IMG/VR virus record: IMGVR_UViG_3300017598_001140
Coordinates: 1 to 64,000 of that record
DNA length: 64,000 nt
Strand: one strand, 5' to 3'
From: a virus
In this document: in pieces, positions 36,214 to 46,345 of the stretch
Numbering within the stretch: the first letter of the stretch is position 1
How the letters are laid out: each line of letters starts with the position of its first letter
Position numbers and translations under genes: made by a program
The notes under the pieces: model-generated
Databases searched by the model: none
What the model saw: the letters and a program-made list of their open reading frames with translations, nothing else
What the model was told of the DNA's origin: nothing

Positions 36214-38523
36214 ATGGTTCAAAGAAGATACGGCCCGGTAAGAGGCGCAGGCGTTGGCGTAATTGAAGAAGACGGCGGAAAATCAATTGAGCCCGGCGCG
36301 CTTGGTTGGGCCTGCTACGCTGGTGTTCTGGAAAGAGGGCCAGAAGGCGAAATGATAGAGGCTCAAAACTCGAAAGCTTACGCAGCAAAATGCGGTGGCA
36401 TAATCGACGATTCTCTTTTGCCGGATTGTTGTTTGGATTATTACAAATTGGCGAACGGTGCTGGAGGACTTTTGCTTCGTCGTATTTTGGATGGCAACCA
36501 AGCTCCGGGCTCAAAAACCGTTTACGGTCGATATGGCGATCTTCTTACTCCTATGGGCACTATATCTGCTCACAACGGCGGTCGGTGGAGCGGCAAAAAA
36601 GACAAAACTATTAACGCCGCGACTGGCAAAACGGACACCACGATCACAACCGGCGTCGCCACTTGGAAAACAGATCAATGGAAAGGTGCCACGATCACGC
36701 ATCCAGAGATCACGAATAAGACTTACACGGTGGTTGGTAACACCGATGCCGGGATCATTACTCTTGAAGCTGACTCCACATACTTGGCGGATTGGACGGC
36801 TGCGTCTGCTACGCATGAATATTTTTACATGTCGCTTGAAAACGAAACGAAGTCTTTGTCGTATCTGATTGGAGACGGAGAGGAAAAACCGGACACAGAA
36901 TTTTCTCTTTCGTTTTTCATTGACGGAGCGTTTTGGAAAAAATATCCAAACCTGTCAACCAATCCAACAGACGCACGGTATTGGATCAACATCATAAACA
37001 ACGACACTTCAAATTTCGTTGTCACGGTGGCGGATCTTTGGACCGGTGGACACACGGCGGCGGTTAGACCGGCGAACCATTACGGTAAGATCGCCACGGT
37101 CACAGCTACAGTGCTTACCGCTGTGATTAACGACTTCACGATCAACTCGCCAGTTGGCGCAGGAAATCCGACTTTTGCATTGGGGACCACAGACGATCTG
37201 CAAATTGCGCAGAAACTAACAATCACTATGGTTGATCCAACTACCGGCAACGTAGTGAGTGACAAATTCGGCGCGCTTGGTTTGATGACGTTGGGAAGCG
37301 AGTTCAACCCTCCGGCAAACACTGGTGGAACAACTAATGTGAACAAGTGGGTTCCTCCTTTCACAGTGACCGCCGGGGTTACTCCGCTTGTGGCTCTTGA
37401 TACATTGGTCATAAACTACAAGCCGCTTGTAGCCGATTCGCTTATTGGTGGACGGGTTTATCCGGATAAGCCAAACGCTAAAAGAACGTTTTTCAGAATC
37501 GTTGACAACGACCACAAAACGATCACGGCGGCTGACGGCTCCGACATGACTGTGGACGGCGCGACGGACGATTATTTTCTGGTTGAAGCGCCATTGGAAC
37601 TCGAAGGCGGCAGAGATGGGATCGCGGATCTGGTGGACGCCGATTACAACCAGCAGGCGTGGGACACTGGAACGAGTGTTTTCAATCGCGTTATCAATCG
37701 AAACATGGGCTTGTTGAAGTGCGCAACCCCCGGAGTCACTTCGACCTCCGTTCAAAAAGCCGGTGTCGCTTATGCAGATGCAAAAAACCACCAATACAGG
37801 TACGAAGCACCAGCCAACGTGCTAACAGAATCGGCGGCGATTGAACTTGTGAACGATACGCTTGGACGTTCTGATTTTGCCGTGATTTCTTTTCCGAGTT
37901 ATTCGTACGTGACAGACCCAAACGATACCGGCGAGGGCCGATTGAAATTGGTTTCGAGTACAGGAATGATTCACGGTGCAGAAGCAGCGGTGGCAAAGGC
38001 TTATGGCGGATACCACAAAGCAGAGGCAGGAATCGACGTAAAGCTTCCGGCGATTTTGAAACTGCCGTCCGGCGAAACTGTTTTCGACGAAGAGCAATTG
38101 AACCCGGTTGGAATCGGTGTGATAAAGAAAATCAAGGGCAATTTTGTTCTTTGGGGAGATCGCATGTTGCACCTTGATCCGAATTGGAAGTGGAAGCACC
38201 AGCGAGAGCAAATGAGCTATTACGAGCATGTGCTTCAAGAAAATTTCGATTGGATCGTTTATGCAATTAACGACGCGATTGAAAGGCCGAAAGCAATCAC
38301 GGCGCTGTTGGGTTTCTTTTTACCGGAATGGGCCGAGAAACGAGCCATTAGAGGAACCACGCTTCAAGATGCGGTGATAATCAAAATCGATTCCGAGAAC
38401 AACACCGATGCAACGATGGCGGCCGGTGACATGTGGGCTGAAATAAAACCACGGCTTGCTGATACCGTGGAGCGGTTCATAATGAAGATTGGAAAACAAG
38501 GAATTTTTGAATCTGTAGGATAG
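36214..38523 (+). CDS. Contractile tail sheath protein
   Basis: AGVGVIE, LEGGRDG, LNPVGI, VLWGDR, WIVYAIND, ERFIMKI. Confidence 0.9.
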   Translation: MVQRRYGPVRGAGVGVIEEDGGKSIEPGALGWACYAGVLERGPEGEMIEAQNSKAYAAKCGGIIDDSLLPDCCLDYYKLANGAGGLLLRRILDGNQAPGSKTVYGRYGDLLTPMGTISAHNGGRWSGKKDKTINAATGKTDTTITTGVATWKTDQWKGATITHPEITNKTYTVVGNTDAGIITLEADSTYLADWTAASATHEYFYMSLENETKSLSYLIGDGEEKPDTEFSLSFFIDGAFWKKYPNLSTNPTDARYWINIINNDTSNFVVTVADLWTGGHTAAVRPANHYGKIATVTATVLTAVINDFTINSPVGAGNPTFALGTTDDLQIAQKLTITMVDPTTGNVVSDKFGALGLMTLGSEFNPPANTGGTTNVNKWVPPFTVTAGVTPLVALDTLVINYKPLVADSLIGGRVYPDKPNAKRTFFRIVDNDHKTITAADGSDMTVDGATDDYFLVEAPLELEGGRDGIADLVDADYNQQAWDTGTSVFNRVINRNMGLLKCATPGVTSTSVQKAGVAYADAKNHQYRYEAPANVLTESAAIELVNDTLGRSDFAVISFPSYSYVTDPNDTGEGRLKLVSSTGMIHGAEAAVAKAYGGYHKAEAGIDVKLPAILKLPSGETVFDEEQLNPVGIGVIKKIKGNFVLWGDRMLHLDPNWKWKHQREQMSYYEHVLQENFDWIVYAINDAIERPKAITALLGFFLPEWAEKRAIRGTTLQDAVIIKIDSENNTDATMAAGDMWAEIKPRLADTVERFIMKIGKQGIFESVG

Positions 38524-38541
38524 GTTCTAAACGTTTGAAAA

Positions 38542-38550
38542 AACACGGTT
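38542..38550 (+). promoter_or_regulatory. AACACGGTT intergenic motif (also at 39590 and 57670)
   Basis: Three exact intergenic copies 30-39 nt before start codons. Confidence 0.45.
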
Positions 38551-38579
38551 GAAGCCGTTAAAAAAAGAAAGGTAAGAAA

Positions 38580-39092
38580 ATGACTGATATTGCACAACTA
38601 ACTTCTGATGAACTGTCAGGAATAGGGATTGGACCGGAGCACGGTGCGGCGATGGCTCGCATTAATTCCGTGATTGCAAGATTGGCCGATGGGACTCTGA
38701 AATTGGTCAACGTAGTGCTTACAGCGGTTGGCGGCGCGGGTGGTGCAACTGCTGGCACAATCAGCGCTCAAGTAAACGACTTGGACGGAAACCCAGTCAC
38801 CAGAGCTGTGACTTTGCGGCTTGATATTTCCGACACAGAAGGAGCCGGTCAAATAGACCCGGCAACGACCTGTCAGTTTGGTTCCGCAACTGTCGGAACA
38901 TTGAACGCTGGCAGCGGTGGGCCTGCTGCGTCAGTCACAACCAATGCGGCCGGTCTTTATGAAGGTGCGCTTGCGAATTCGGCGGACGAAACAAACTATT
39001 TCAGCGCGTCGTCTCCGGACGGTGGTGCAGCACTTGCGAATAGCTGTGCTGTAGTTGGATGCGCTACTGCAAGCGCCGCTTGGGCTGCATAA
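38580..39092 (+). CDS. Ala/Gly-rich Ig-like structural protein
   Basis: QVNDLDGNPV...VTTNAAGLY resembles bacterial Ig-like domains. Confidence 0.5.
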   Translation: MTDIAQLTSDELSGIGIGPEHGAAMARINSVIARLADGTLKLVNVVLTAVGGAGGATAGTISAQVNDLDGNPVTRAVTLRLDISDTEGAGQIDPATTCQFGSATVGTLNAGSGGPAASVTTNAAGLYEGALANSADETNYFSASSPDGGAALANSCAVVGCATASAAWAA

Positions 39093-39142
39093 CAAATAAA
39101 GTCAAGGCCAAAAAAATTTGGCACTTTGCTTGGAGGTAAAAA

Positions 39143-39580
39143 ATGAAAGGTGTTATCCAACCAGATCACATCCCGACCAACAATTATGAGTTGTTGATTC
39201 TGACTTTGCCGAAAATTACCGCTGTAACGATGAGCGGCATTGAAGACGAGTTGGAAACAACAGAGCTGCCTGATAGGACGGTGGCTTCTGGCGGGAATCG
39301 TAAAGCGACGGAAGTTACCCTTGGCGTTCCTATGCACCACTTGGTTGAGCAGGCTGCATTGGAAGTGTGGTTCACAGAAGCACAGGGACCGGTTTCGCCG
39401 AGTTACAAAAAAGCAGGCACATTGCTTTACACTTCTGCAAGCGGCGAAGTTGTTCGCTCGTATACTGTTATTGGAGTGTTTCCAAAGAAACGATCTTTGC
39501 CAGAGGGCGAGATGAAAAACGAAGGAGAGCAAGCGAACGTCGAATGGGTATTTTCCATTGACGATCTGCTTCCTATCTAA
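39143..39580 (+). CDS. Tail tube protein (T4 gp19-like)
   Basis: 145 aa after sheath; YKKAGTL...GVFP. Confidence 0.8.
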   Translation: MKGVIQPDHIPTNNYELLILTLPKITAVTMSGIEDELETTELPDRTVASGGNRKATEVTLGVPMHHLVEQAALEVWFTEAQGPVSPSYKKAGTLLYTSASGEVVRSYTVIGVFPKKRSLPEGEMKNEGEQANVEWVFSIDDLLPI

Positions 39581-39636
39581 ATCAAAACCAACACGGTTGG
39601 GCTTAACATTAGCTCATTGCAAAATGGAGGTGAACC

Positions 39637-40482
39637 GTGAACGATTCAAAAAAAAATAGTGTCGAAGAAAGTCTCGTGAAGACCACAACGCTTGGTGAAT
39701 TGGGTTTCAATTTGCCGCTTGGAATACCTGACGGTGGCGGAGGGCTTGTGAGGAGCTTTGCGCTTCGCCCTTGGCGTTTCAAGGAAGAGAAAGAACTTGC
39801 CGAATTGATAGAGCAAAATCCGGACGCTACGCTGGCTCAATATGTTAGCATGGTCGTGGCGACGTTGTGCTCTTCGATTGGGCCGCATGATTTTTCTCAA
39901 ATGAAGTGGGAAGAGAAATTGATAGTGATTGGTCAAATGTGGATGGGAGATGTTTTTTTCATCTATATTACTTTGAGAAAAGAGGCCATTGGAAACGTCA
40001 TTTCATTGGCTCCTAAATGTCCCGGATGCGGAAGAAATTTCAATTTCGATGGACATCTTGATTCGATCAATGTTTTGACCACCGAAAGCGTTTCAAATGC
40101 TCAGTGGGAATACAAGCTGAACACTCCAATTGAAATGAGAGGCAAAACCGTTGGTTCGTTCACGCTTGGACCGCCTCGGTGGAACACGCTTGAAATGATG
40201 ACGGATGACAATTCAGTTTTAAACGTCGGCGCAAAGCTAGATATGATTCGTGGTTCTATTCATGCGGTTGATTCATTTGACCAGCAAATTGTCGTTATAG
40301 AAAGCGACCTCGACGAGCTGACAAAAAAGGACATGGAAACAATTTCGGCGGAGATAGACGAAAAGGTCGTTGGCCCGGATATGTTTGTCGAAACTAAGTG
40401 CCCGAACATAAGGTGCAGAAACGAAATTAAACAGTTGATAGATTGGAGGTATCAACATTTTTTCGGCGTTTCTTCCCGTTAA
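39637..40482 (+). CDS. Tail assembly chaperone
   Basis: Between tube and TMP; CPGCG and CPNIRC; ends HFFGVSSR. Confidence 0.7.
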   Translation: MNDSKKNSVEESLVKTTTLGELGFNLPLGIPDGGGGLVRSFALRPWRFKEEKELAELIEQNPDATLAQYVSMVVATLCSSIGPHDFSQMKWEEKLIVIGQMWMGDVFFIYITLRKEAIGNVISLAPKCPGCGRNFNFDGHLDSINVLTTESVSNAQWEYKLNTPIEMRGKTVGSFTLGPPRWNTLEMMTDDNSVLNVGAKLDMIRGSIHAVDSFDQQIVVIESDLDELTKKDMETISAEIDEKVVGPDMFVETKCPNIRCRNEIKQLIDWRYQHFFGVSSR

Positions 40483-40646
40483 CTGATTTAGACGACTTAC
40501 GGGAACAGATTTTTGCTCTTACTTATTGCGTTGCGGGTATGAATTACAACGAGGTTGTTTCTATGAATTCGCAAGATCGCTTGTGGTTTTTGAAGCGATT
40601 GGAAAAGCAAAAAGAAAAAGAGAAAAAAGAAATGGAGAACGCATAA
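40458..40646 (+). CDS. Tail assembly chaperone -1 frameshift extension
   Basis: T TTT TTC slippery heptamer 40458-40464; -1 frame encodes LREQIFAL...MNSQDRLWFLKRL. Confidence 0.7.
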   Translation, partial: FFRRFFPLTDLDDLREQIFALTYCVAGMNYNEVVSMNSQDRLWFLKRLEKQKEKEKKEMENA

Positions 40647-40649
40647 CAA

Positions 40650-43223
40650 ATGGCTTTTGAACGCTTAGGTATTGGTGCGGTTTTAACTGTCGATGAGAAG
40701 CAATATACCGCTGGCATGGGGCGTGCGGAAACCGCAACGACCAAGTTCAATCAGAAGGTCAGCGTAGCTCCGACAAAAGTTCAGAGATTCGGCCGGGCAA
40801 TCACAGCAATGGCGGCGAAAGTTAAAGCCTCTGCTATGGCAATGGCGGGCGGTTTTAAAAGAATGGGGGCGGGGATACAGAGCCTCGCTTTTGCTGCTTT
40901 GCCAATGGGTGTCGGATTGGGTTTCGCTACCAATTCGGCGGCGTCTTTTCAGCACCAGATGAGCGCGGTCGGCGCTGTCTCAAGAGCTAACGCTCAAGAG
41001 ATGGCGATGCTTGGCACAGAAGCCGAGAGAATGGGCATCCTGAGTGCGTTCAGTGCAACTCAGTCCGCAGAAGGCATGGAGTTGATGGCCAGAGCGGGTG
41101 CCAAACCAAAACAAATTATAGCCGGGCTCAGTGGCGTTATGAACGCAGCGGCGGCCGATCAAATAGAGATGGCGACCGCTGCCGATGTAGTCGCTCAGTC
41201 GGTGAAAATAAACGAGCTTGGATGGGAGAGGGCTTCGCATGTCGCCGATACATTTGCATTGGCTTCGGCTTCGGCGAATACAGATATTGTTGCTTTAGGA
41301 GAGGCGATGAAAATGGGCGGCATGAAAGCCCATTCTATGGGTATGTCGTTTGACGAAATCACTGGAGTTTTGGCGAAATTTGCGGACGCTGGATTGAAAG
41401 GCACGATGGGCGGCACGGCATTGCAAAACATGCTTGTTAAATTGACAAGGCCAACCTCAAAATCAGCAAAGATGTTTGAAGAATTTGGTATCAAGTTGAC
41501 GGACGGCGCGGGCAAGATGAGAAAAGTTCCGGCTATTCTTGGCGACGTGAATTTGATGCTGTCGAAAATACCGGACGACGCGGAAAGAGCAGCGGCGGCG
41601 GCTGAAGTTTTCGGTATCAGAGGCGAGCGTGGATACAACGCTTTTGCTACGGCCGGAAAAGATTCGCTTGAAGAGTACATAAAAACATTGGAAGCGTCGA
41701 GCGACGTGACAGACAAAAACGGTAAAAAAATAGGAGCCGCTCAGCAAATGGCCGAGCGGCGATTGGACAACGTGAAGGGCCAACTTACTTTGTTGAAGTC
41801 GTCGTTCGAGGGATTGGCTATCAAAATGTTCGGGCCGCTTATGGAACCGTTTCAAGGGGTTATTGAAACGTTGAAAACCGGTTTGAATACTGTTCTGGAA
41901 GCGTACACGGATTTGTCAAAAGCGATGACATCGCAAGACATTGAAGCGGCCGAAAAAAAATACGGTAAAACCGCCGTGGCGATTGCGACCGGTTTGGGCC
42001 AAGCTGTCACTTGGTTGAAGGAAGCTTTTACCAGCGTGATTGACAAGGTAAGAGAGTTTTCCCAAATGTTCAAAGAGTCCGTTGGCGAAGACGGTTTAAC
42101 CAAGTTCGTCAAGATTGCAGTGATAGCCGGAGTGGTTGCTGGTGCGGTTGCTCCGTTGCTGATGAGCTTTATTATGCTCAAGTTTCTTATTGGTGGGATT
42201 GTTTCTCTTTTCGCTGGTGCCGGGACCGTTTTGGCTGCTGCTTTTTGGCCGGTCGTTCTTGTGCTCGGAGCTATTGGATTGGCTTATTCGTTTTTGAGAA
42301 AAGAAAACGAAACTTTATTGGAAACAGCGACCCGTGTTTTCGGCGGGATCAAAGCGTGGGTGGTGGACGTTTATCAAAATGCAGTTTTGCCATTCATTGA
42401 AGGCATAAGAAGTTTTTGGGTTCCTGTCATAGAAGATTTAGGCAGGTCTTGGAATTTTGTTATCACAAGCATCAAAACATTGTTTTCCGAATTGTTTGAA
42501 AGCTTCAGCTCGGTTGCTGGCGGAATTTCAGTTAATTGGAAAATGGTGGGCCAGATTTTCATGGCTGTGTTTTCGTCAATTTTGAAAATAGCAATGTTCG
42601 TTATCGAGGGGCTCGTGAGAGGTTTTAAAATCTTGATGTTCCCGATAAGAATAGTGCTTCAAGCTGTTAAAAATATCGCGACGGGATTCGCTGCGCTGTT
42701 CAGCGGAAATATATTGGAAGGGTTCAAGCGAATGGGGCTTGGTCTTCTTGACTTTGTGTTGTCTCCGCTCAGGTGGATTTTGAAAGGCGTCGGTGAATTG
42801 GCTGAATTTTTGGGGTTCGGCCAAGCAGCTAAAGACCTCGCGACTTTTGTGGAAAAAGGTTCAACTGCAATTCACTTTCCAGAGCCAACCGAAGCAGGGG
42901 TGAAAGTGGCTCCAAAAAAACCGACAGCGCCGGGGGCGGCTGGAACAACCGCCGCGAAAAAAGCGACTAGCGATGTGGCGAAAAAAGCAAAAGAAGGAAT
43001 GTCGAAAGACGATTTGAAAAACGCGGTTAAAGACGGCGTAAAAGAAGGCCAAGAAGACGGGCCGTGTGTCGAGGCAAACGTCAACACCGCTGTATCTATA
43101 GATGGAGAAGCGGTTGCGAAAGCAACTGGAAAAAGTCAGGCGAGAGTGAAGGAGCGAAGTGGCGGGAAAGTAACGCCTTGGCAGTACAGACAGATATTGG
43201 AAAACGGTTCAACAGGAGTGTGA
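40650..43223 (+). CDS. Tape measure protein (TP901 family core)
   Basis: FSATQSAEGM..LARAG, GLKGTMGGTAL, helical Ala/Gly-rich. Confidence 0.9.
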   Translation: MAFERLGIGAVLTVDEKQYTAGMGRAETATTKFNQKVSVAPTKVQRFGRAITAMAAKVKASAMAMAGGFKRMGAGIQSLAFAALPMGVGLGFATNSAASFQHQMSAVGAVSRANAQEMAMLGTEAERMGILSAFSATQSAEGMELMARAGAKPKQIIAGLSGVMNAAAADQIEMATAADVVAQSVKINELGWERASHVADTFALASASANTDIVALGEAMKMGGMKAHSMGMSFDEITGVLAKFADAGLKGTMGGTALQNMLVKLTRPTSKSAKMFEEFGIKLTDGAGKMRKVPAILGDVNLMLSKIPDDAERAAAAAEVFGIRGERGYNAFATAGKDSLEEYIKTLEASSDVTDKNGKKIGAAQQMAERRLDNVKGQLTLLKSSFEGLAIKMFGPLMEPFQGVIETLKTGLNTVLEAYTDLSKAMTSQDIEAAEKKYGKTAVAIATGLGQAVTWLKEAFTSVIDKVREFSQMFKESVGEDGLTKFVKIAVIAGVVAGAVAPLLMSFIMLKFLIGGIVSLFAGAGTVLAAAFWPVVLVLGAIGLAYSFLRKENETLLETATRVFGGIKAWVVDVYQNAVLPFIEGIRSFWVPVIEDLGRSWNFVITSIKTLFSELFESFSSVAGGISVNWKMVGQIFMAVFSSILKIAMFVIEGLVRGFKILMFPIRIVLQAVKNIATGFAALFSGNILEGFKRMGLGLLDFVLSPLRWILKGVGELAEFLGFGQAAKDLATFVEKGSTAIHFPEPTEAGVKVAPKKPTAPGAAGTTAAKKATSDVAKKAKEGMSKDDLKNAVKDGVKEGQEDGPCVEANVNTAVSIDGEAVAKATGKSQARVKERSGGKVTPWQYRQILENGSTGV

Positions 43224-43227
43224 CGAA

Positions 43228-44004
43228 ATGGGATTATTTGCACAGCTTTCGCCGCTAGACAATTGGCTATTGGTTAGCTTAGATCAACCGACCCAAATGG
43301 TGATGGGTCAATTCCCCGTCGAAGTGAACGAAAATGTTTCGTCTGAATATGCACAATTCAAGGCGTTGAACAGGGAGAATCCGGTCATTCAGTTTTTGAG
43401 CGGGAACGCTGACACGCTAAGTTTTCAGGCCAGATTTTTTGCTCGTGATATGGTTTTCAGCGGAGTCAACGAAAGCATAACGCAATTAAAAAAATGGAGC
43501 GTGAGAGATAGCAAATTGCAACGGCCGCACATTTTGTCTTTTAGAGTCGGCGATGGCTATGTGTCCGTTGGTTCATGCGTGATCACTGGCTTGTCTCCAA
43601 TCGTTTGGAAAAAACCGACCATGCTTGGTGCCGTCAAAGACGCCACCGTGACAATAAACTTATTGAAGTACAAAGAATTTAGCATGGAGGATTCTGGTAG
43701 CTACGAAACCAGATACCACAGGACAAGGTTTCAAGATTATTACGAGTTCGTTTGTTGGAACGAATACGGGAACCCTAACTTCGGAGATGTCATAAGAAAA
43801 AGGCATCCGAAAAAGCCTATAACCAAACCGGGTGACGTTGTGAAATTGCCATCGGTTGAAGCGATACAAACGAAGCGATTGGAGCCGACAAGTTTGGTTT
43901 TAAAAACAGCGTACAAAAGGAAGGAAACGCCGCAGAGAACTGCAAGGATAAATATCTTTGACAGGAACAACAAAACTTATGTTTCACATGTGGCTGTTGA
44001 ATAA
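43228..44004 (+). CDS. Tube initiator with C-terminal LysM/gpX-like domain
   Basis: IQFLSGNADTLSF; EYGNP...I...PGDVVKLP. Confidence 0.7.
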   Translation: MGLFAQLSPLDNWLLVSLDQPTQMVMGQFPVEVNENVSSEYAQFKALNRENPVIQFLSGNADTLSFQARFFARDMVFSGVNESITQLKKWSVRDSKLQRPHILSFRVGDGYVSVGSCVITGLSPIVWKKPTMLGAVKDATVTINLLKYKEFSMEDSGSYETRYHRTRFQDYYEFVCWNEYGNPNFGDVIRKRHPKKPITKPGDVVKLPSVEAIQTKRLEPTSLVLKTAYKRKETPQRTARINIFDRNNKTYVSHVAVE

Positions 44005-45161
44005 TGAGTTTATTGGACAAACCGGGAGATGCGACATTAGCTCCGAAGTTTTCTTTGAACGTTGGTCCCGGCGAAGGCGAACCGCTTAAATCGGGTATTG
44101 CTGAAATGATTGGAACGGCTAAATACGAGAGCTACGATGGAATGGCGGACATGATGCGCCTTCAAATGAAAAATCCCGGCGGCGAAATTTCAAACGCAAA
44201 AGTGTTTCAACCCGGCAACGAGGTTTCTCTTTATGGCGGGTACGGCAAAAGCAATCTTGGGTACATTGGAAGGACGATAATTGTCCGGCAAACACCGAAC
44301 TTCCCAGAGAACGGCGTGCCTACATTGGAAGTCATTGGATACACAAAAGATTCTAAGATGATGGACAACGAGCCTGAAGGCTCAACCGCTAGGACGTATG
44401 CGGTAACAGAATACAGCGGTGTTTTGGACATTGTTTGCGGAGCATACGGCTTCGAGCTTGACGCAGACCCGTACACTGTTGGAGGGCCAAAAGATCTGTT
44501 GCAAAAAGTGGGCGTTTCGGATTACGAATTTGTAAAAGGTTTGGCGAATATTACTGGATATATTTTCTGGGTTGATGCGGATGAAAAAGGCGTTTGGACT
44601 TTGCACTTTAAAGACCCGGAAAAAATGGTCGAGCAAGAAAAAAAGTACACGTTCAAATATAATTTCGGAGACGGCGGAACATTGTTGTCTTTCAAGCCAG
44701 AGGTTTTGATAAAAGGCGCGAAAACAAAAATCGTTGCAAAAACAATGGACCCGTTTACCGGAAAAGTTTTGGCGGCAGAAATCGAAGAGACAGACGCTAA
44801 AAAATCGCCGGAATTAGAGGCGACAGGAGATCAAGACGGGCCGGTTGAAAAAAGCTATCCGTCCGGAAGCGCGGTCAAATTATATTTGAACGATTTTGCT
44901 TTTGAAGTTGTATCGACAAAAGATTTCAAAACAGAAGTGGAATTGGCGCATTGGGCGAAGCAATGGTTTAAAAGGATGCGCGATAACTTCGTGCTTGCTC
45001 AGGGCAAGTTGGTTGGCGTCGAAAATATGCGAGCGAGACAAACGCACGCATTGGAAGGAACAAGCCCGGCTTATGACGGCGATTATTACTTCACGAAAAT
45101 AGAACATGTGTTTATTGAATCCGGATACACATTGACCTTCGGCGGAAGGAAAGTGGTTTAA
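44004..45161 (+). CDS. Baseplate hub protein (late control D/gp27-like)
   Basis: QKVGVSDYEFVKGLA, YDGDYY..KIEH. Confidence 0.8.
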   Translation: MSLLDKPGDATLAPKFSLNVGPGEGEPLKSGIAEMIGTAKYESYDGMADMMRLQMKNPGGEISNAKVFQPGNEVSLYGGYGKSNLGYIGRTIIVRQTPNFPENGVPTLEVIGYTKDSKMMDNEPEGSTARTYAVTEYSGVLDIVCGAYGFELDADPYTVGGPKDLLQKVGVSDYEFVKGLANITGYIFWVDADEKGVWTLHFKDPEKMVEQEKKYTFKYNFGDGGTLLSFKPEVLIKGAKTKIVAKTMDPFTGKVLAAEIEETDAKKSPELEATGDQDGPVEKSYPSGSAVKLYLNDFAFEVVSTKDFKTEVELAHWAKQWFKRMRDNFVLAQGKLVGVENMRARQTHALEGTSPAYDGDYYFTKIEHVFIESGYTLTFGGRKVV

Positions 45162-46021
45162 TGAAATTGGAAGTCCACGACGCGGTGGTTGCCGCCAATA
45201 ATGACGAAGAGAAAAAAGGCTTTATAAAAGTGACGTGTGTTGGTTTGTTAGGCGATGAAAAAACGGTCTTGCCGATGTGGATTCCGCCGCGTTTTGATTG
45301 GGGTTGGTTTTCTGTTCCGGACATTGGAGAAGTGGTTCAGATTGAAGTGAATGTCGATGAAGAAAAAGACGAATTTTTTGGGCAGTCGTCTATTGATAAT
45401 TTGAACCCGCATTACAGGGGGAAAAGAAGCTACACAACAGACGCCACGGAAGAGAACGTGGAGGTCAGAGAAATTCATGAAGATTTTGTCGGCGACACTT
45501 ATCCGAAAAGAAGAGGCTTTGCGACTCCGGAAGGTCACATAATTTATTTTGACGACACAGAAGGAAAAAAGAAAGTCCAAATCACTTGGAAAGACGGTGA
45601 AAAATTTCAATTTATTTCTTTTGAAAAAACTGGTGCGTTGATTTCAAATCAGAGCGGTTCCTTTATCCATCTGGATGCTGAAAATGAAGAAGTGAAAGTG
45701 ATCGATCAGCATGGGAATATTTACACTTCAAATAAAGATGGAATCAAGATGATGGACAAGTTCAGCAACATCATTGAAATGAAGGACGGCGCGGTTCAGA
45801 TAATTAGTCAAGCCGGAATAGTGGCCACGGGAACGGATTTCACGGCGGCGACAGGAACGGTGAATTTGGTCGACGGCGCGGATGATTTCGCGGTTAGAGG
45901 AGCGGACTTGATCGCATGGTTGGCAGCGCATACTCATCCTACTGGAATGGGGCCGAGTGGGCCGCCTGCAATACCACCGTTGCCCGTAGATTTTTTAAGT
46001 TCGGTGTGTAAATTAAAATGA
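45161..46021 (+). CDS. Baseplate central spike (gpV/gp5-like)
   Basis: OB-fold VPDIGEVV, TPEGHIIYFDD beta-helix, terminal HTH iron-binding motif. Confidence 0.85.
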   Translation: MKLEVHDAVVAANNDEEKKGFIKVTCVGLLGDEKTVLPMWIPPRFDWGWFSVPDIGEVVQIEVNVDEEKDEFFGQSSIDNLNPHYRGKRSYTTDATEENVEVREIHEDFVGDTYPKRRGFATPEGHIIYFDDTEGKKKVQITWKDGEKFQFISFEKTGALISNQSGSFIHLDAENEEVKVIDQHGNIYTSNKDGIKMMDKFSNIIEMKDGAVQIISQAGIVATGTDFTAATGTVNLVDGADDFAVRGADLIAWLAAHTHPTGMGPSGPPAIPPLPVDFLSSVCKLK

Positions 46022-46344
46022 CGAAATGCAATTTCCCAACGTTGCCAGCTTTAGCGCTTCCAATACCGGTGCCCGGATTGCCTGTGGTGCCGTCTTTGCC
46101 AAGCTTGCCACAAATGCCAATGGGTTTACCAAAGGTTCCGACCTTGCCGACATTGGCGCTTCCAATACCAGTGCCCGGAGTGCCCGTCATTCCGTCTTTG
46201 CCGTCGTTGCCACAAATACCTACGGGCTTGCCTAAAACGCCGACACTGCCAGCCCTAGCGCTTCCTATACCGTTGCCCGGAGTACCAGTGATTCCGGCTT
46301 TGCCCGGCTTGCCGCAACTACCGGCTTGCCCATTGGATAATTGA
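46018..46344 (+). CDS. Proline-rich protein with three 34-aa repeats
   Basis: PTLPxLALPIPxPGxPVxPxLPxLPQ x3; ATGA overlap with spike gene. Confidence 0.65.
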   Translation: MTKCNFPTLPALALPIPVPGLPVVPSLPSLPQMPMGLPKVPTLPTLALPIPVPGVPVIPSLPSLPQIPTGLPKTPTLPALALPIPLPGVPVIPALPGLPQLPACPLDN

Positions 46345-46345
46345 C

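Noticed and set aside
39119-39135. Sigma54-like TGGCAC-N5-TTGG before the tube gene
   Set aside because: Lacks the -12 GC and overlaps the RBS, leaving no room for a leader
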